A stretch of 64,000 nucleotides of DNA. It comes from Monocercomonoides exilis PA203. Lineage: Eukaryota; Protista; Preaxostyla. Made by a program: the position numbers and the translations under genes. Under the pieces are notes generated by a model. That model was not told the DNA's origin. It was given only the letters and a program-made list of their open reading frames with translations, and did not search any database. The stretch is from the NCBI GenBank assembly GCA_001643675.2, contig LSRY02000038.1:744001-808000 (forward strand), written 5' to 3'. Of the stretch, positions 48,882 through 63,645 are shown one piece after another. Within the stretch, counting starts at the first letter, position 1. The number at the start of each line of letters is the position of its first letter.

Positions 48882-51048
48882 TCTCGAATGGAATGAAAAT
48901 CAATTTTGAGTAGGAAATTTTTATTTTTTTCCGGACGATCAAATAGAAATAAATTATGGTTGTCAACACAATTGGAAAGTAAAAAGGATTTCATTCAGCA
49001 AATCACTTTTTGGGCTTTTGAAATACATCTGGAGCATATCCAAAGCATGTGGCTTTCTTTGGTTTTTGTCAGGCATGAATCGGTATTTGCTGATGCACAT
49101 TAAATTCTTTCACTTCAAAAAAATAAAATAAAATAAAAAATTTAAAAAGGATGAAACTGAATGAAAGATAAAAAACCTTTTCAAAAAGAAATTGATGTCC
49201 AGCAAAGTTATAAAAAGGTGAAAATCTCCCATCCAAAAAATGATCTCAAAATCATCCTTTGAATGCGTTGTTTTGAATTGTCAAATGTCATTTCTCTCAT
49301 TGCTCTCAAATGATGAATCTTTCTTCATCCACCTTCTCTTTCTTCCACTTGTCTGCTGCTCAACTGCTCTCCCTTCATAACTTTCCCCAACTTTCACAGC
49401 ATCTCACAGTCAATTCCTTTTTTCTCTTCATTTTCCTCTCTCCAACATTCAACTCTTCCCTCTTCTTCTCTTCATTTCCTCTCTTTAACATCCTCTTCTC
49501 CAGCTTCTTTGTGTCAAACATCCAAATATGTTCTTCTGCTTTATTCGTCACCCGCTTTCTTGCTCCTTCTCAGTTTTGCATATTTATCCAATCAATGCAA
49601 ACAGCCAATGTTTGTTATTCAAAAACACTCATCTGCTTTTTATTGTGAAAAGATGCCTTCAAAGAAATTCTTTGTTCCAATTGAAAGGACATGCAATGTG
49701 AATCTTCTCTTCTCATATACTTAAAAAAAAAAGAAAAAAAAATTCCAAAAGATTGAAAAAAAACAAACAAATAAAAGAATAAAATGTGTTGTAATTATAA
49801 CTCAAAAACACATTTACAAAAACAAAAAATAAAAATAAAAATTAAGTCTATCGTTTCTCATATTTCCATTTCTTCAAATTTTCCATCATTCAAAAAAACA
49901 AACACTTTCTTCAATCAAGCAAGCGCACAATTTGCCCTTCTTTTCTAGCCAAACATTCTCATTGCAAAAAACTAACAACCTTATTCATTTGTCTCTTCTT
50001 CCTTCACAATCTCTTGCTCTTTTCTTTCCATTCTGCATTGGCCCTGTTTCTATCTCAATCTTCTTCTTCTCATCAACCTTATCCTTTCATTTTCTTTTCA
50101 ATTTTCTTCTTTTTCTTTTCTCTCTTCCTTGTGCTCCAATGATTTTATCTTTTCTTCCCAAGCAATTTCCATAAAAGCAAATTCTCGCCAAAGCCAGCGC
50201 TTTTCTGATAAACTTGTGTGTATTTCATTTCAAAAATGATGTAACTTCAAAATATATCGAGCCAAAATATCTAAAAAGATGATGGAGAATTGTGAAAACC
50301 AATTGAATAGATTTTACGAACAAATGACTTAAACCTCACAATGAATGTCACGTGGTTGATGTTCAAGGAACGTCCAAAATATTGCTTTTCAATGTTAAAA
50401 TGCAACCAATACATTTTCGACAAATCTAATAAAGTTGCAAAGGAAATGGAAACACATTCAAAGAAGAATGCAGATCGGAATGGAATTGAATGTGGATTTG
50501 GGAAACTGACGAAATCAATGAAATCATTTTGGCTTCACTTGGAAAGGCAAATGAAACATATTGGCTATTGAAGATAATGTTGGCAAAAAAATGATGGAGT
50601 ACTCAAAGGAATATTCTGTTTCTGCGTAAAGTGTTTGTGGTGTTTTGTCAAAGGAATCAATATCTGCTTCGCTGTTGACAGTAGTTTTGCTCTGACTGTT
50701 CAAAAGGGGAATCCTCGCGGACTCTTCTTTTATGTGTTGCCTTTCTAATGGATTTTTTTTGATCTGGCTGTTGAACTGCACTGATTGAATGAGGATTTGA
50801 TGGTGTTCCTTCTGTTGAAAAAGTCCTCGCTTTTAATTCTTTCACTTCCGCACCTTCATCGTAAAAAAAGAGTTAAATAGTTCCTGCCTTTTCTTTTTCA
50901 ATGATGCCCTTGCAATAAGGTTTTATTTGGGATTTTCAATCATCAAATCATCTGTTATGGTTCCACAAAAATTCTTTTCTTGAAATCAATAACTTTGTAA
51001 CCAGATTAAAATAAGTGGTACATATTTTGCCTGTGGACGCAAAAACAT

Positions 51049-52442
51049 GGTAAATGCAGAAGATAGTGGTACCTATTTTTTTTTTTGTTTGATCCTAGAA
51101 AAAATGTGATAAACAACAACAAATATATAAATTTGAAATGTTTATATCACTTAAAGTTTTATTTTTTTGCACATTTTTGTAAACATATTATGCTCGTTTT
51201 TCAGAAAATATGGGATTGATCAATTTTCGTTGTCATTTGATCCTGACTGAAATGGAAACAAACATATCTATTTCGAGATATTTAAGAATGTTTATGGACC
51301 CTGATTGCGCTTGGACATGGTGTCGAGTGCAATTACTTAATTGCTGTTCCAAAAAATGCACAAATTGTCAGAAACAAATGAATTTATGTCTTAATATGGG
51401 GAAGCGTTGCTGGATATGTAAAAATTGCAAAAGAAAAATAAGTGTTTATAAGGACTCTTCGTTTTTCATGTCAAAGATTGGGGTATCAAAACTTCTGCAA
51501 CTTTTGCTTTTATTATATATGAAATTAAATTTCAAACAAACCTCGTATTTAGTAGGCATAAGCAGAGATACTGTTTCATATTGGGCAAGTGTTTCTCGAA
51601 CAGCTGCTGTTAACACTGTTGCGAAAATGGATTTGACATTGGGAGGATCAGAGTGCATCGTTGAAATAGATGAAGCTGTTCTTCGCATAAGAAAATTCAA
51701 AAAAGGAAGGGATAAGCAATAAATATGGATCTTTGGAATGGTGGAGCGAAAAACTGATCGAAACCAAGGAAAATGTTTGATAGTTCGTGTCGAAAACAGA
51801 AAGAAAGAAACTTTAATACCCATTATTGAAAATTTCGTAAAAAAGCAGACAACAATTTATACTTACGAGTGGCGCGTGTATTCCTGTTTGAATTCTTTGG
51901 GTTTTAAACATTCAACAGTTTGCCATAAGTATCGGTTCAAAGAAAAAACAACATCTGCTTGCACGAATATTATTGAATGGCTTTGGAGTCAATTAAGAAG
52001 GTTTTTGCCACGTACAAGTACAAGATTAAAATTTTTAGATAATTATTTGGCAAGTTTTATGATGGAAAAAAACAAACCTTTACATTATCACGAGTATATC
52101 AGAATAATTTATGATTTTGTTCCTACAAAGGAGTACGAAAATCAAAAGGAGCAAATAAGAGATTTTGTCGATGAAAACACAGAGACTGATAGTGATATAA
52201 CTCTAACAGCTGAAGGATCATCGGACGAGGATCTAGGAGCAGGTGATGGAAGTGATGCTTCTGAATACACTGAAAATTGAGTTTTTTTATATTTTTTTCA
52301 CATTCACAAAATATCACAAGAATTCACTCAATGTTCTCATTTATTTTCTTAAAACAGCATAGAAATTGTCAATGAAGCTTTTTGAGTACATACAAAAGTT
52401 TTTCTATTAAAAAAATAGGTACCCCTATCTTCTGCTCTTACC
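51049..52442 (+). mobile_element. Merlin (ISXO2-like) DNA transposon with ~33-bp TIRs and 8-bp TSD AAAAACAT
   Basis: Left GGTAAATGCAGAAGATAGTGGTACCTATTTTTT vs right reverse complement GGTAAGAGCAGAAGATAGGGGTACCTATTTTTT. AAAAACAT at 51041-51048 and 52443-52450. Confidence 0.95.
51210..52280 (+). pseudogene. Merlin transposase with one in-frame TAA (51720-51722)
   Basis: CTNC...CKNC Zn ribbon; VEIDEA; *IWIFG; NRKKETL; IYTYEWRVY (catalytic D appears mutated to Y); TVCHKYRF; CTNIIEWLWSQLR. Both ORFs are in the same frame. Confidence 0.9.
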
Positions 52443-54559
52443 AAAAACATCATTGCTATCATGCAATTGGTTTTGAATGTTTGTTGTGAATAAAACGAAA
52501 GCCAACTCTTGAACATCTTTTGATGAAAAACACTTCACATGATGCACTGTTTTCACTTATTTTTTAAAAATTAGGCGCCAATCACTGCTTTATTGCAACT
52601 TTATACGAAAATGAAATTTTGATTTTTTTGTTGAAATCGCAAAAAAAAAATGATTAAGAGTTGATAAAGAAAGACAAAAGAAGTTTAGATTGTTCAATGG
52701 TTAATAACTCTTCATATTTTTATTAAAACTTTTCACTTTTTCTTTTTTTTTCAGAGAAAAATGAGGTTGATGGCAAAAGATTATAAACATGATTTATTTT
52801 TGCAAAGATATTTTGAATTTGATTTGATGTTTAATTAAATTGAATTTTTCAAGTTGGCGTTAGCTTAAATCAAAGCATTTTTGAATAAACAATCTGAAAA
52901 TGTGTATAATAAAATAAAAAACAGAAAGCAATTCTTCTCCATCAATAATTAAACTCAAAAATAATTATGCTTTCAAATTTTTCTTTCTTATGATAAAAAT
53001 TTAAACGTTAACATCTGCATCTTTTTCAAAAAAATCCAATTAATATAGGTGTTGAGTATACTATTAGCTGACGCATGCATGTGCTTGTGCAAATAAATGT
53101 TAAAGAAAAAATTATATATTGCAGAGAATTTCACAAAAATATATGGGTGATTATTTTTGATATCAAATTATTTCATTCGAAATTTTGATTAGAAAATTTC
53201 ATTTTAATATTAGCAAAAGAATAGTGAAAAATGAAAAAGTTTATCAAAGGCAATAACATCCTTATTTGTGTTTAACGTTTGTTAATGAAACAGATGCGAT
53301 GAATTCAGCATTTGAATTCAAAATCAATATTCAATGACAAACAACCTTTGAAAAATCAACACCACGAAAAAAATTATGATTTCAAAAACAATCACACAAC
53401 TTTTGGATATTATTGTGAGGAAGGAATGTTAATGAAGCATCTTTTTTATCTCCATCAATTGGGAAAAGCATATGAAAACAGAATGAATGAAAGAGAATGA
53501 GAAAGAAATGGAATTTGATTGAATATTTGTAGAATGGCATTTTGAGATGAAATGAATGAAACGAGTGTTATTCTGTGAGATGATGAGATTAAAGGAATGA
53601 AGAGAAAAGCGAAGGAATACAATGTGAAAGAAAAGAATGAAGAGATATGAAAAACTGAACAAAAAAGAGAAGAATGCGAAGATCAATTTATCCTGGTTGA
53701 CATGTTCTTTAATTCCCATTTTGAATTTGAGCATTGGGTCAGCTTCTTTTTCAGCCATGTTTGCTACTGTTGTAATTGGTTCTCACAAAACTGAACATTG
53801 AATTCTTCATTAAAGCTATCATCATCATTGCTGCTTAATCCTTTTCAAGAAATTTCATTTCATAGATGGGGAAAAATATTTTTCTTCAGGCATTTTTATA
53901 GAAAAATTGTGCGCTTTTCGTTGACTATTTGAGAACAAAAAACAAAATTAAAATGAGTTCATTTTTTGACATTCGTGAAATGTTACAAAACTTTACGCTT
54001 TGATTTCAACGAAGCCTGCTTCAGGATTTGAAAATCAAATTTATTTCAAAATCTGAGAAAGCGAAATAAAGTCATGAGTGAAACAATTTTTCAATGCCTT
54101 ATGCAATAAATTTTTGAAAGATCGTATTTTCACCCATATCGCCTTCATCTTCTGGAATTTCATTGAAAATACAGAGAGAAAGAGAAAAAGGCATACGTCT
54201 GAATCGTACCATCTTGTTAAAGCTACTAGAAACTCTGAAATTTGTTTATTATTGATTGTTATAATTTATGTTAACTGAAATCACTCTAAAAGAAGCAAAA
54301 AATTATGTTGAAAAACTATAAAAAAATTCAACTGATCAATGTACCACAATAAAAATCATTGTTGATCTGTTCCACAATAAAATGTTTTCTCTATTTTATA
54401 GGGAGTTTTTTAGCTTCAATGCTCTTTTTATGAGTTATTGCATGTTAAGAATGCATACTTAATTTTATTTTCATTTTAATTTATGATTTCTATTTTTTTG
54501 ATCTTCGGAAAAGAAGGCTGTTGCTTTTCGCAATCTTTATAACTGAAAAAATAGTAATC

Positions 54560-55900
54560 AAATGCAAGATGCAACAACCGTTTCAGTTATTGGACGAACT
54601 CATTTATTTCGTGTGCACATAATGGATCAAAAACAACAGAAACGAATGATTCGTGGGAATACAATTCTTTTTCATATGTTCAATTTTCATAAGTGTTCAG
54701 CCATCAATAACAGTTTCGGTTTCACAAAGTTCTGTTTATAATTGTGTTTTTCATAGTATTGAAGGAGGAGTTCATTGTTTAAATGTTAAGTCAGTTAAAA
54801 TTGTTAACAATGCCTTCAATTCATATCATGCACTTTTTTATTATAAAGGAGGAGGAGTGCATGCTTGCGAAATAATTTCATGTGCCCTTGTAAGTGGGTG
54901 CAGCTTCCAGATGTGCAAGGCTCGCTACGATGGGGGAGGTTTGAGATTTTACAATATCAGTGAACCTGGATCAGGGTGCGTCTATGAAGAAGATGGAGAA
55001 GGAGTGAGCTCGTGTGTGTTTGAGCGCAATTTCACTTCGTTTTCGCTTTCATCGACTTGGGGTGGAGGGTTGTATTGTTACAATATTCCAGTTGCATTCA
55101 AAGTGAGGAGCATTCAGATCATTTCATGTTCAGCACGACAAGAGGGATGAGGCTTGAGATTGTATCCATTTTGACAAACATCGCAAAACGAGATAATTTA
55201 TTGTAATTCTTTGTTCTTCCATGAATGCAAATGCTCTGCAGCCAATCCACGAGGACATGAAGTGATGTATTATGATTATTACAATGCCATTTCGACTTCA
55301 GACAATCCGTTCTATGAATGCTATTCCACAAATACAGATGACAGAAGAATGTGTTATGGATATAATTTGTCGAGTTCAGGGAGTTGGAAATTTCAGCACA
55401 CAGAAAAGAAGGATTGGCTGAAGGACAAGACGTTATATGTTTCTGTGAATGGGAATGATGAATATGAACTATGTGGGGCAAATGAATCAAATCCGTGCAA
55501 AACGGTGAAGAAGGGATTTGAGATGTGCGAAGTGCAAATTAGCTTGACAATCACACTGATGGAAGGAAATCATGTGAGCGAGACAACAACGATTGAGATT
55601 GGAGAAAAGAAGATTTCAGTCATTGGGAAAGGCAAAGATTAGAATTCGATTGGAACAGGAGAACTTTCATCAACTGGAGCGCTGTTCAGTGTGTCAACAG
55701 GTCATCTTGGAATGAGCCACTTGAAGGTTGACTGCAACTCAAATGCAAGTCCTTCTTCGCCGAGCGTGGTTGTGGTGTCTGATGGGAGTGGGTCACTCTC
55801 ATTGGAGGATGTTGTGATCACCACGAGTGTTTCTTCAGGAAATGTGATTCATTTTCAGTGTTTGTGATGCCGATGTCACGGCTGTTGATGGTCGGTGTGG
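54560..55900 (+). pseudogene. Fragment of a beta-helix surface-protein family gene
   Basis: GGGV/GGGL/FxxC motifs and the YVSVNGND..LCG..ESNPCKT module also seen in the 2601-aa protein. Stops, frameshifts and truncation. Confidence 0.8.
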
Positions 55901-58090
55901 AGACAAAAAAAGTCAACTGAATTGCATCTCCTCAACGATAGAGTTTGGCTCTTAAAGGGAACTGTGCGCAAAACCTGATCCTGGAAAAGGATGTTTCTGA
56001 AACGAAAAGTGCTTTTTTTCTTTTAATTAATATTCTTCACTCATTTATTGAACTTTTTATTTCCATTTTTTTAAAAAAAGAATACTTTTAAAACGACAAA
56101 ATGTTAGAATTTATGTTTTCTTTAAAAAAGAATTTTCACAAATTCGTAACAAAATCCAAAACAAAAACAAAACAAAACATTTATGTGAAGAATTCATTAA
56201 ACATGGAGCAAACATCAAGTGAATGAAAGAAAAAACGAACAAAAATGTGCAAGCCCAGAATGGTTCTGAATTAAAAAAAAAAACCAACAATTTGAATGAG
56301 AAAAACCCGAGAATACAGAGATTGAAATCTTTCAAAACATTACAAAACAATTTTCTGTGAATTTCCGAAGACAGACCCATCCGCTCTGTTCATAGCACAA
56401 TTCTTATGCCCACTTTCCTTCTTCTTCCCTCTCTTCTTTCAACAAGATCCACACCCTCCATATGTTCTCCATCTCACTCTTCTTTCCTCTCCCTTCCAAT
56501 AAAAAAACTGCCCCTCGACCTCACTCAACAAACACATCTGCTCCATCAGCCATATGCCTATCCAGCATCCTTTTCTCCGCTTCATCCTCAACCCCCCAAC
56601 AACCTGCCACTCATCATCCTCTCTCTTTCTTCTGTCTGCTTTTCTCAACCTTTCTGTTCCGAAACACACAGCATCTATCGCCTCCTTCATCATTGCCTGC
56701 AACCTTGCAGTGAATAAAACCATCTTACCCTCAAACATTCCTCACCCTATTTCTTTTTCTCTCCTCAACATTTCCACTTTGCGATTCTTTTTCTTCTCTT
56801 TCTTCTCTTTCTTCTACTTTTCCAAACTTCATAAAAAACATCATCCCAATTATAAACCTCTTGCATGCTTGGCAAACTTTTATGAATATTCTGTGCCTTC
56901 TTCATCCCTTCCGTTTCACTGCTCCTTCTTCCACAACATTTCCGCAGCGCATTCAAGCCCCAATCCATTTATTTTCATTCTATTCATCTTCTATAATGTC
57001 CTCTTGAAAAAAGTCTTCCAACAACGTATTTCTTCTTCTTCTCCGTTGTTTCCACTGTTTTATTTGATTCATCTTCCTTTCTAAATTTTCCTCTTGTGCA
57101 TTCCTCTCATTCATGTTTTTCAAATCCTTTCCGAAAGCACTATCTTTTTAACACACATTCCAATCCTTCTTTCCTTTCCTCCTTTCTGAAACCGCGATTC
57201 GCCTTTTCCAACATTACCATTGCATTCATAAACAAAGAATTGTGGGTTTCATTTATAATCAAAACTTTTTTCAGGAGCCAAATGCAAAATAAATGTTTCT
57301 TTATTGAAACAACAAAAAAATTATTGATTTTTAAATAATCTTTAATATCAATAAAAATTTATAAATATACCATTAGACATGCATTCATCAACTTGTCTTT
57401 TGCATTTCCACTGTTTTACAAATGCATTATAACGCAAAAGTGGATATATCGAGTATTTTCTTATTCAGAAAGAATAATGAAAGATAAATGAATATATATG
57501 ATTCAACTTTCTAACTTTAACAATAGAAATTAAAGCTTTTCTTCAAATATTGCATTGAAAAATCGTTTGTAACTCCACAAAGTCATAAAATTGAATAATA
57601 AATATCTTGCTTTTTTAATGAAAATATTATGGGAAGTAGATCATAATGTTTTTTTAAAGTTTTTCAACATAATTATTTTGCTTCATTCCGAGTGATATCA
57701 GCTAACATGAATTATAATAATTAATACTAAATAAATTTTAAAATTTTAAGTGGCTTTAACGAAATGGTACAATTCAGACCTATGCCGAGAAAAAGCAGAG
57801 TTATCCACTGGTTTTAAAAGGAAATTACTGAACTGTTAAATGCCCAACGAAATATGAATCTATTTGAAGAATATGGGATGTGAATATTCGTTCAATGAAG
57901 ATTCTTGATGAAACAAATTGAAAACATAAAAATGCAATTTTTGATTTGGCTTTTCCTTTTTTTTGAAAAAGGAAATAAAAACAAAAATTCTTAGATTAAT
58001 TTTTATTTTTGAAATTTTGAAAAATGAATAAAAAAAAAAAAATAAAAAGATATGATTTTGGAGTTTCAAAATTAATTGAAAAAAATTTGG

Positions 58091-59541
58091 TTAAACAATC
58101 ATGGAATAATCAGAAATATCCAACAACAATTCACAACGGTAGTTTTCGTTGAGAGAATCAAACATTTTATGAGGACTTGTGATGGTATCTTCGTATCCCT
58201 CTTCTTCTATCTTTTCAAACACTTTCCTTTTCAACTCTTTTCTTTCCTCTTTTTCCATTTCATCTTTATTCTTTTCGATTTTCAATCGCTTTAAAATATT
58301 CATCAAAATTGACAAGTTTTGATAAACTTCATGTTCATTCAATGTGTGCCATTGAATCTTCTCTAAAACACATCAACCGCTTCGCCTCTCAGCAAGTCTT
58401 CAACTTTTGCATACCTGCGACAAGCAATTGTTTTTAATAAATCAATGAATGAACTGCAAATACTTCCGTGATAACTCTTTGCCGAGTGAAACACTTTCGC
58501 AACGCAACTGATAAGTCCAACAAATTCTTCGTTCCATGATCTGCATGAGCGAAAGAAATCAAAAAATAAATAGAGCCATCTCCTCATTATTATCACTTCT
58601 GCTTTTCCATTTTCTTCTTTTTTTCTTTTCCAATCCACATTTCTTGTAAGCACTTCCAGTTCTTTTGTTGACTCTCTTCCAAAATGCAGTTCATTCACAA
58701 TCACTTCATTCAAGCTTTTATCATTGTCCAATCTGTAAATCAAAAAACCCCAAGCAGATTGAAAGGCAAATTGTGTCAGATTTCTGTGTTCTTGATGGTA
58801 TTTCACAATTTCTGTCATTTCATTCAGTTACAGTTCTTACACAAAATACTAATGAAAAATGAGAAAAAAGCAAACACAATAAAAATGAAACAGAAATGCT
58901 CATACATTAAATACAGGAATGTTGCACAAAGCCATAAAAGCCATTTCCACATCCTTCTGAGCCTCCTCGTTTTCTTCTTTGTTCAGCACAGCTTTCAGAA
59001 GACAAGACTCACAAATCGATAACAATTCATACTGGAAGATGCAACTCAGAGAAAAATTGCATAGGCAAAGATCAACTAGAACTTTTTCATTCTTTTCATC
59101 TTTTTTCCTTTCTTTTTCTAATTTTCATAAATAATTATCTTCTCAAATCTTTTGTTAAGTGAAGAATATTCAAATTCTTCAATCCAAATTCTTTTCAACG
59201 CTTTGCAAAATCCAATATGCTTCAACAGCAAGATTGCATTTCCCCATGATAATGTCTTTTCTTCCATCATTTTGAGTATTTTTTCAAACATTTCTTCTGT
59301 AAAAACGGATTCATATTCTTCTTTATTCATTCCATCAATTATTTCATTCATTTCTTCGATTTTCACTTTCTGCTCGCTTTCTGGGCAATGCTCCAGTTCA
59401 GAAAACAATTCTTAAAAATTAATTAATGAGGGAAAGCGCTGAGCTCTTAAAAAAATATAAAATGAACAAACTTAAAAATTTATCTGCAAGTGATTGCTCC
59501 TGAACATCATCATTGGATTTATCTTCACTGCACATTTCCAT
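58091..59541 (-). pseudogene. EK-rich helical repeat-like family gene with introns (first 59472-59411), disrupted
   Basis: Colinear ORFs 59118-59408, 58363-58818 and 58091-58342 with consistent composition. Short GT-AG introns and internal stops. Confidence 0.65.
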
Positions 59542-61132
59542 TCTGTCTATTATTAGCAAAGATCAATTAACCGCAAAATTTCAAAAGAAAAACAGAAAAA
59601 CAAACAGAAAAACAAACATTGTTATTGATTGACAAAATAAAGATAAAGTCCAAACTCAATTCCTTTTCTTGGATTAAATCAACGAAAAAAAAGAAATCAC
59701 AAAGAAGCTGCAATATTGGTCGTATTTAGCCAAATACGAAAGAATTTAATTTCTCTCTGATCGAACCAATAATAATTCATTTCATAAAAATGAATGGAAT
59801 TTCGATGAATTGTTGAACATTTTGAAAAATACCGCACATATTTGGTATTGCGCATCAAAATAATATTCGTTTTTATATTATTAGCCACATGAAGAAGAGG
59901 CAATTAATTATTTAAAGAACAAAACAAAAAAGTGACAAAAAAGCAACAATTTGCACATTAAACTGTGCATTTTAACGTTATTGCAAATTAAAATCTAAAC
60001 GTTAGAAGTTCTTTTTTGATGATTACCTTTGGAGTTATTTGAAAGCTTTGAATCATCGAAATGATTTTTTCTTTTATTTCAAGGTGTTGGCTGGTTTCTG
60101 TGGACATCTTAAATTTAATGTGGAGAGTTAAGTTATTTGTAATCGGGACACTTTTGTAATTAGTTCCTTTATTGAGTGGATTGTCATGTCGAAGGAAAAT
60201 TGATGGAGGGGAATCAAGCTTTCAACAATTTGCATTTTTTTGATGATTGGGCAAATGATAATTGAACGCATAAGAGAATTTATCAAGGCAACAAAGGACA
60301 GCATCGCTTATTGAGCATTGAAAGAGATTTTATTATTAAAGATTTTGAGGCTGAGCGAAGATGAAAGAATTCTGAAAGGAGAAGATTTATGCAATATACT
60401 GAACCAAGCACATACGGAACACTGAGTTCATTTCAACACATTTATCGTTTGAAGGTGATTTCCACTTAACGTGTATTTTTCCGAAAAGGCGCTTTCTGCG
60501 TTTTTTGGAAAATCATAATTTTAGACAATTTTGTTGATCGTTGTTGATTCGCGGATTTCGGGGTGGTTTTCAATACAAACCTTGAAACATTACGAGCGAT
60601 ACCGAAGCAAGTCCGACAAGACAGAACAGATAACAATAGAAATAGTTGATTAAATTAAGGTGTGTAATCCAATTTTTGTAACATTTATGCATTTTTTATT
60701 AAAATAAGAAAGAAAGAAAGAAATTATAAAAAAATTTAAATAACTAAAACTCTTTTTGCAACGTTAATTTCATATTTTCAATTTTTTTCTCTCTTTTGGT
60801 GTAACCTTGCTGTCCTTTTGACTTCAGTTAATAATAATAAATGGCTGGGAAGAAATGATGAAAGATAGGCTGCATCAGTCAAAGAGGTGAGAAGACGGTC
60901 ATATTTTTTAAAAAAGGTATTGTTTCATTTTGAAATGCAAATTTTTATTAATAATTTTTTTTTCTTTTAATGTTTTTATATACGTACTTATTTTGCAAAC
61001 TTGTTTAAAAACTTCATCCAAAACTGATTCTATCTGCAGATGATTGTCAATCCCATCTGAAGTGTCTGCTATCGCCTGTTGAGGCACTCACCATCGTCGT
61101 GTTTGTCGGCCTGTGTTTTTAACAGCATCTGA

Positions 61133-62230
61133 ATGGAGAAAAGTGACATTAACAGAAAGGAGATGCTAATGCAGTCATCCGAGTCTTTTGATATGTGTGA
61201 AGGGGAAGAAGGGGAAGAAGGGGATGAGAAAGGAGAAGAGGGAGAAAAAGAAAATTACGATCATCTCCAACTGTTTTATCAGCCTTCTTCTTCTTCTTCT
61301 TCTTCTTCTTCTTCTTCTTCTTCTTCTTCTTGCTGTCACCTTTCCTCATTCCTCCTCTTCTCTCGCTTCACCTTCGACTGGTTGAATGGCATGGATGACG
61401 ATGACGATGACAATGATGATGATGATGAGGATGAGGATGAAGATGAGGATGAAGATTATCTTCCACCTATTCTGCCTTCTCCTCTTCTCATTCTCCACAA
61501 CATTTCCCTCTCTCTCCAAAGGCATTCTCACACTCTCCTCTTCGTTTCTGTTGGGTGTGACATATCAGAACTGCTCGCATCCATTCTGGGAGAGACAATC
61601 TGTTTGGAAGGGAAAGGTTGTTTAAGGGGAAAGGTGGCTTATGTGCCTCAGGTGTGTAAGTTAAAAAGAAAAAAAATATTTATTATTTTTTATTTTGAAT
61701 TGTTTTGTTTTCTTCTTCTTCACTGATTTATGATATATCCATCATTTCTTTTTCAAAATTAATTTTTTTCTTCTCATTCAAATATGCCTCACATATCTGT
61801 TCCTCCCTCTTTCCCATTCAGATTTGCTTCATCTTCAACTCCGCCATCAAATCCAACATCCTCTTCCACTTCTCCCTCTTCATTCAATCATGCTGTTTGG
61901 AACAAGATTTAAGCCATTCTTCCTGGCAGAGATGAAGCAGAAGTGGGCGAAAGAGGATACAACCTGTCTGAAGATGGAGGAATATGAGGACAGAACTCAC
62001 TCAGATTGTCTCTTCATCGGCAGAGGTGTTTGTGCTGGATGACATTTTTTGTGAGTGTTCAATGCGCAATGCTAAGCAGACACTGGTGATCAAATGCATC
62101 AACAAACAGCTGAAAAGGAAAAACTGTCTTGTTGGCGACACACCACACGAAATATCTGCCTTATTTTGACTCAGCCATAGCGATGGAGGAAGAAGAGGGG
62201 ATCAGAAAGATAGGCAGGGCGGAGGAGTTT
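61133..62230 (+). pseudogene. Decayed ABCC/MRP-type ABC transporter NBD1 fragment
   Basis: ILHNISLSL; degenerate Walker A (VSVGCDISELLASILGE); KVAYVPQ followed by a GT intron; IFNSAIKSNILF; SCCLEQDL; EVGERGYNLS; VFVLDDIF (Walker B). Confidence 0.8.
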
Positions 62231-62279
62231 TAGAGGGTTGAGAAGGAGATGAGGGCGTTGGTGAGGGAGGAGAAGGAAG

Positions 62280-62910
62280 GAGGAGAAGAAGAAGAAAAGA
62301 AGAAAGAGAAGAAGAAAAGTTGAATGAGAAGGATGAGGGAAAGAAGAAGTTTATGTATCAATTCTATGTCTTATTAGTCTTTTAGATTCAAAAGAAGAAG
62401 AAGAAAGAGAAAGAGATGGAAAAGAAAGAGAAAAAAGAGAAGAAAGAGGAAAAATTGAAGAAGAAGAAGAAAAAGATGTGAAAGAGAAGTAAGAGAAGAA
62501 GAAGAAATTAATTTATTAGAAGAAGGAGAAGAAGAAGAATGACTTGAATTCTGTTTAATAATTTGACATTTACCAAAATTTTTTATTTCTTCTTCTCTTT
62601 CTCTTTCTTCTTCTTCTCCATCTTCTTCTTCAATTTCTGGCAAAGAAATAAATTCCTCTTTTTCTTCTTCTTCTCTTCTTTCTCTTTCTCTTCTTTCTCT
62701 TTCTCTTTCTTCTTCTTCTTCTTCTTCTCTTTCTCTTTCTTCTTCTTCTCCTTCTTCTCCTTCTTCTCCTTCTTCTTCCTTCTTTTCCTTTTCTCCTCAT
62801 CCTCCTTCTCCTCCTCCTCTTCATCACATGATTCTTTTAAAATCTTTTATTTCTTCTTCCTCTTCTTCTCATTCTCATTCTTCCCCCTTTCTCCTTCTCT
62901 CTTCTTTCAA
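62280..62910. repeat. Low-complexity purine tract followed by pyrimidine tract
   Basis: GAA-rich to about 62540, then TTC-rich from about 62580. Confidence 0.8.
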
Positions 62911-63645
62911 ACAATTTCTTTCCGATAAATAGGATGTTCTTCACTCCATCAGACTATTTTTTCATATCAGCAACCTTCTTTTCTACTGTTCTCTTCGGCT
63001 TCGCATGCAGCTCCATGTGATCCTTCATCACCATTGTAGTTTCCTTGTATTCATTTCATCTCGCTCAAGCACCCCAATAGAGTGACATTTCATTCTCTGG
63101 AGTATACGAAATTATCTGAACAATGATTCTTCACTTTTTTTGTTTAGAAAATAGAATTTCGACCCTTATATGTTATCACAGTTTCATGTTATAGAAAAAG
63201 AATCGCATCATATATTTTTGTGCAAAATTTAACTTTGAACAAAAGATTTTTACAATTATTAGTTACAATAACAGTCTTCAAACAACCATTTTATCATTTC
63301 ATAGAATTACCGCAACAATCAAATGTTATGACTGAAACAACGTTATCAAATATGAATAAAAAAATCAAAAACAAAACAAAACAAAAAAAAAAAATAAATA
63401 AATAAATGTTTGTAGTTTGAAACATTCAAAACACCATTTCCTTTTTAAAATAATAATCAAAAAGCCTTGTTTGAGCAATGCAACATTTTAAATAAAATTT
63501 ATCCAAATTATTGAACTTCAAAATTAGAAATCGAAGCAAGCATGATTCAAAAATGAAAAAAAGTGAAATCTTCAAGTCAGTGAAAGTCTCAAAATAAAAA
63601 ATAATAATTATTTGTTAAAAAATCATTTATTCACATTTATATTTT

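Noticed and set aside
49200-50230. Possible decayed EK-rich or kinase-like gene fragments (also 56380-57230)
   Set aside because: Strand-biased composition suggests old coding sequence, but no diagnostic motif was identifiable.
1823-52280. In-frame stops in transposases as evidence of a TAA/TAG=Gln code, as in some oxymonads
   Set aside because: The stops are of all three types and co-occur with frameshifts. Long host ORFs contain none, and the TmcB-like gene ends in TAA. Ordinary decay explains them.
60000-60660. Possible further transposase remnant
   Set aside because: No convincing catalytic motifs or TIRs found.
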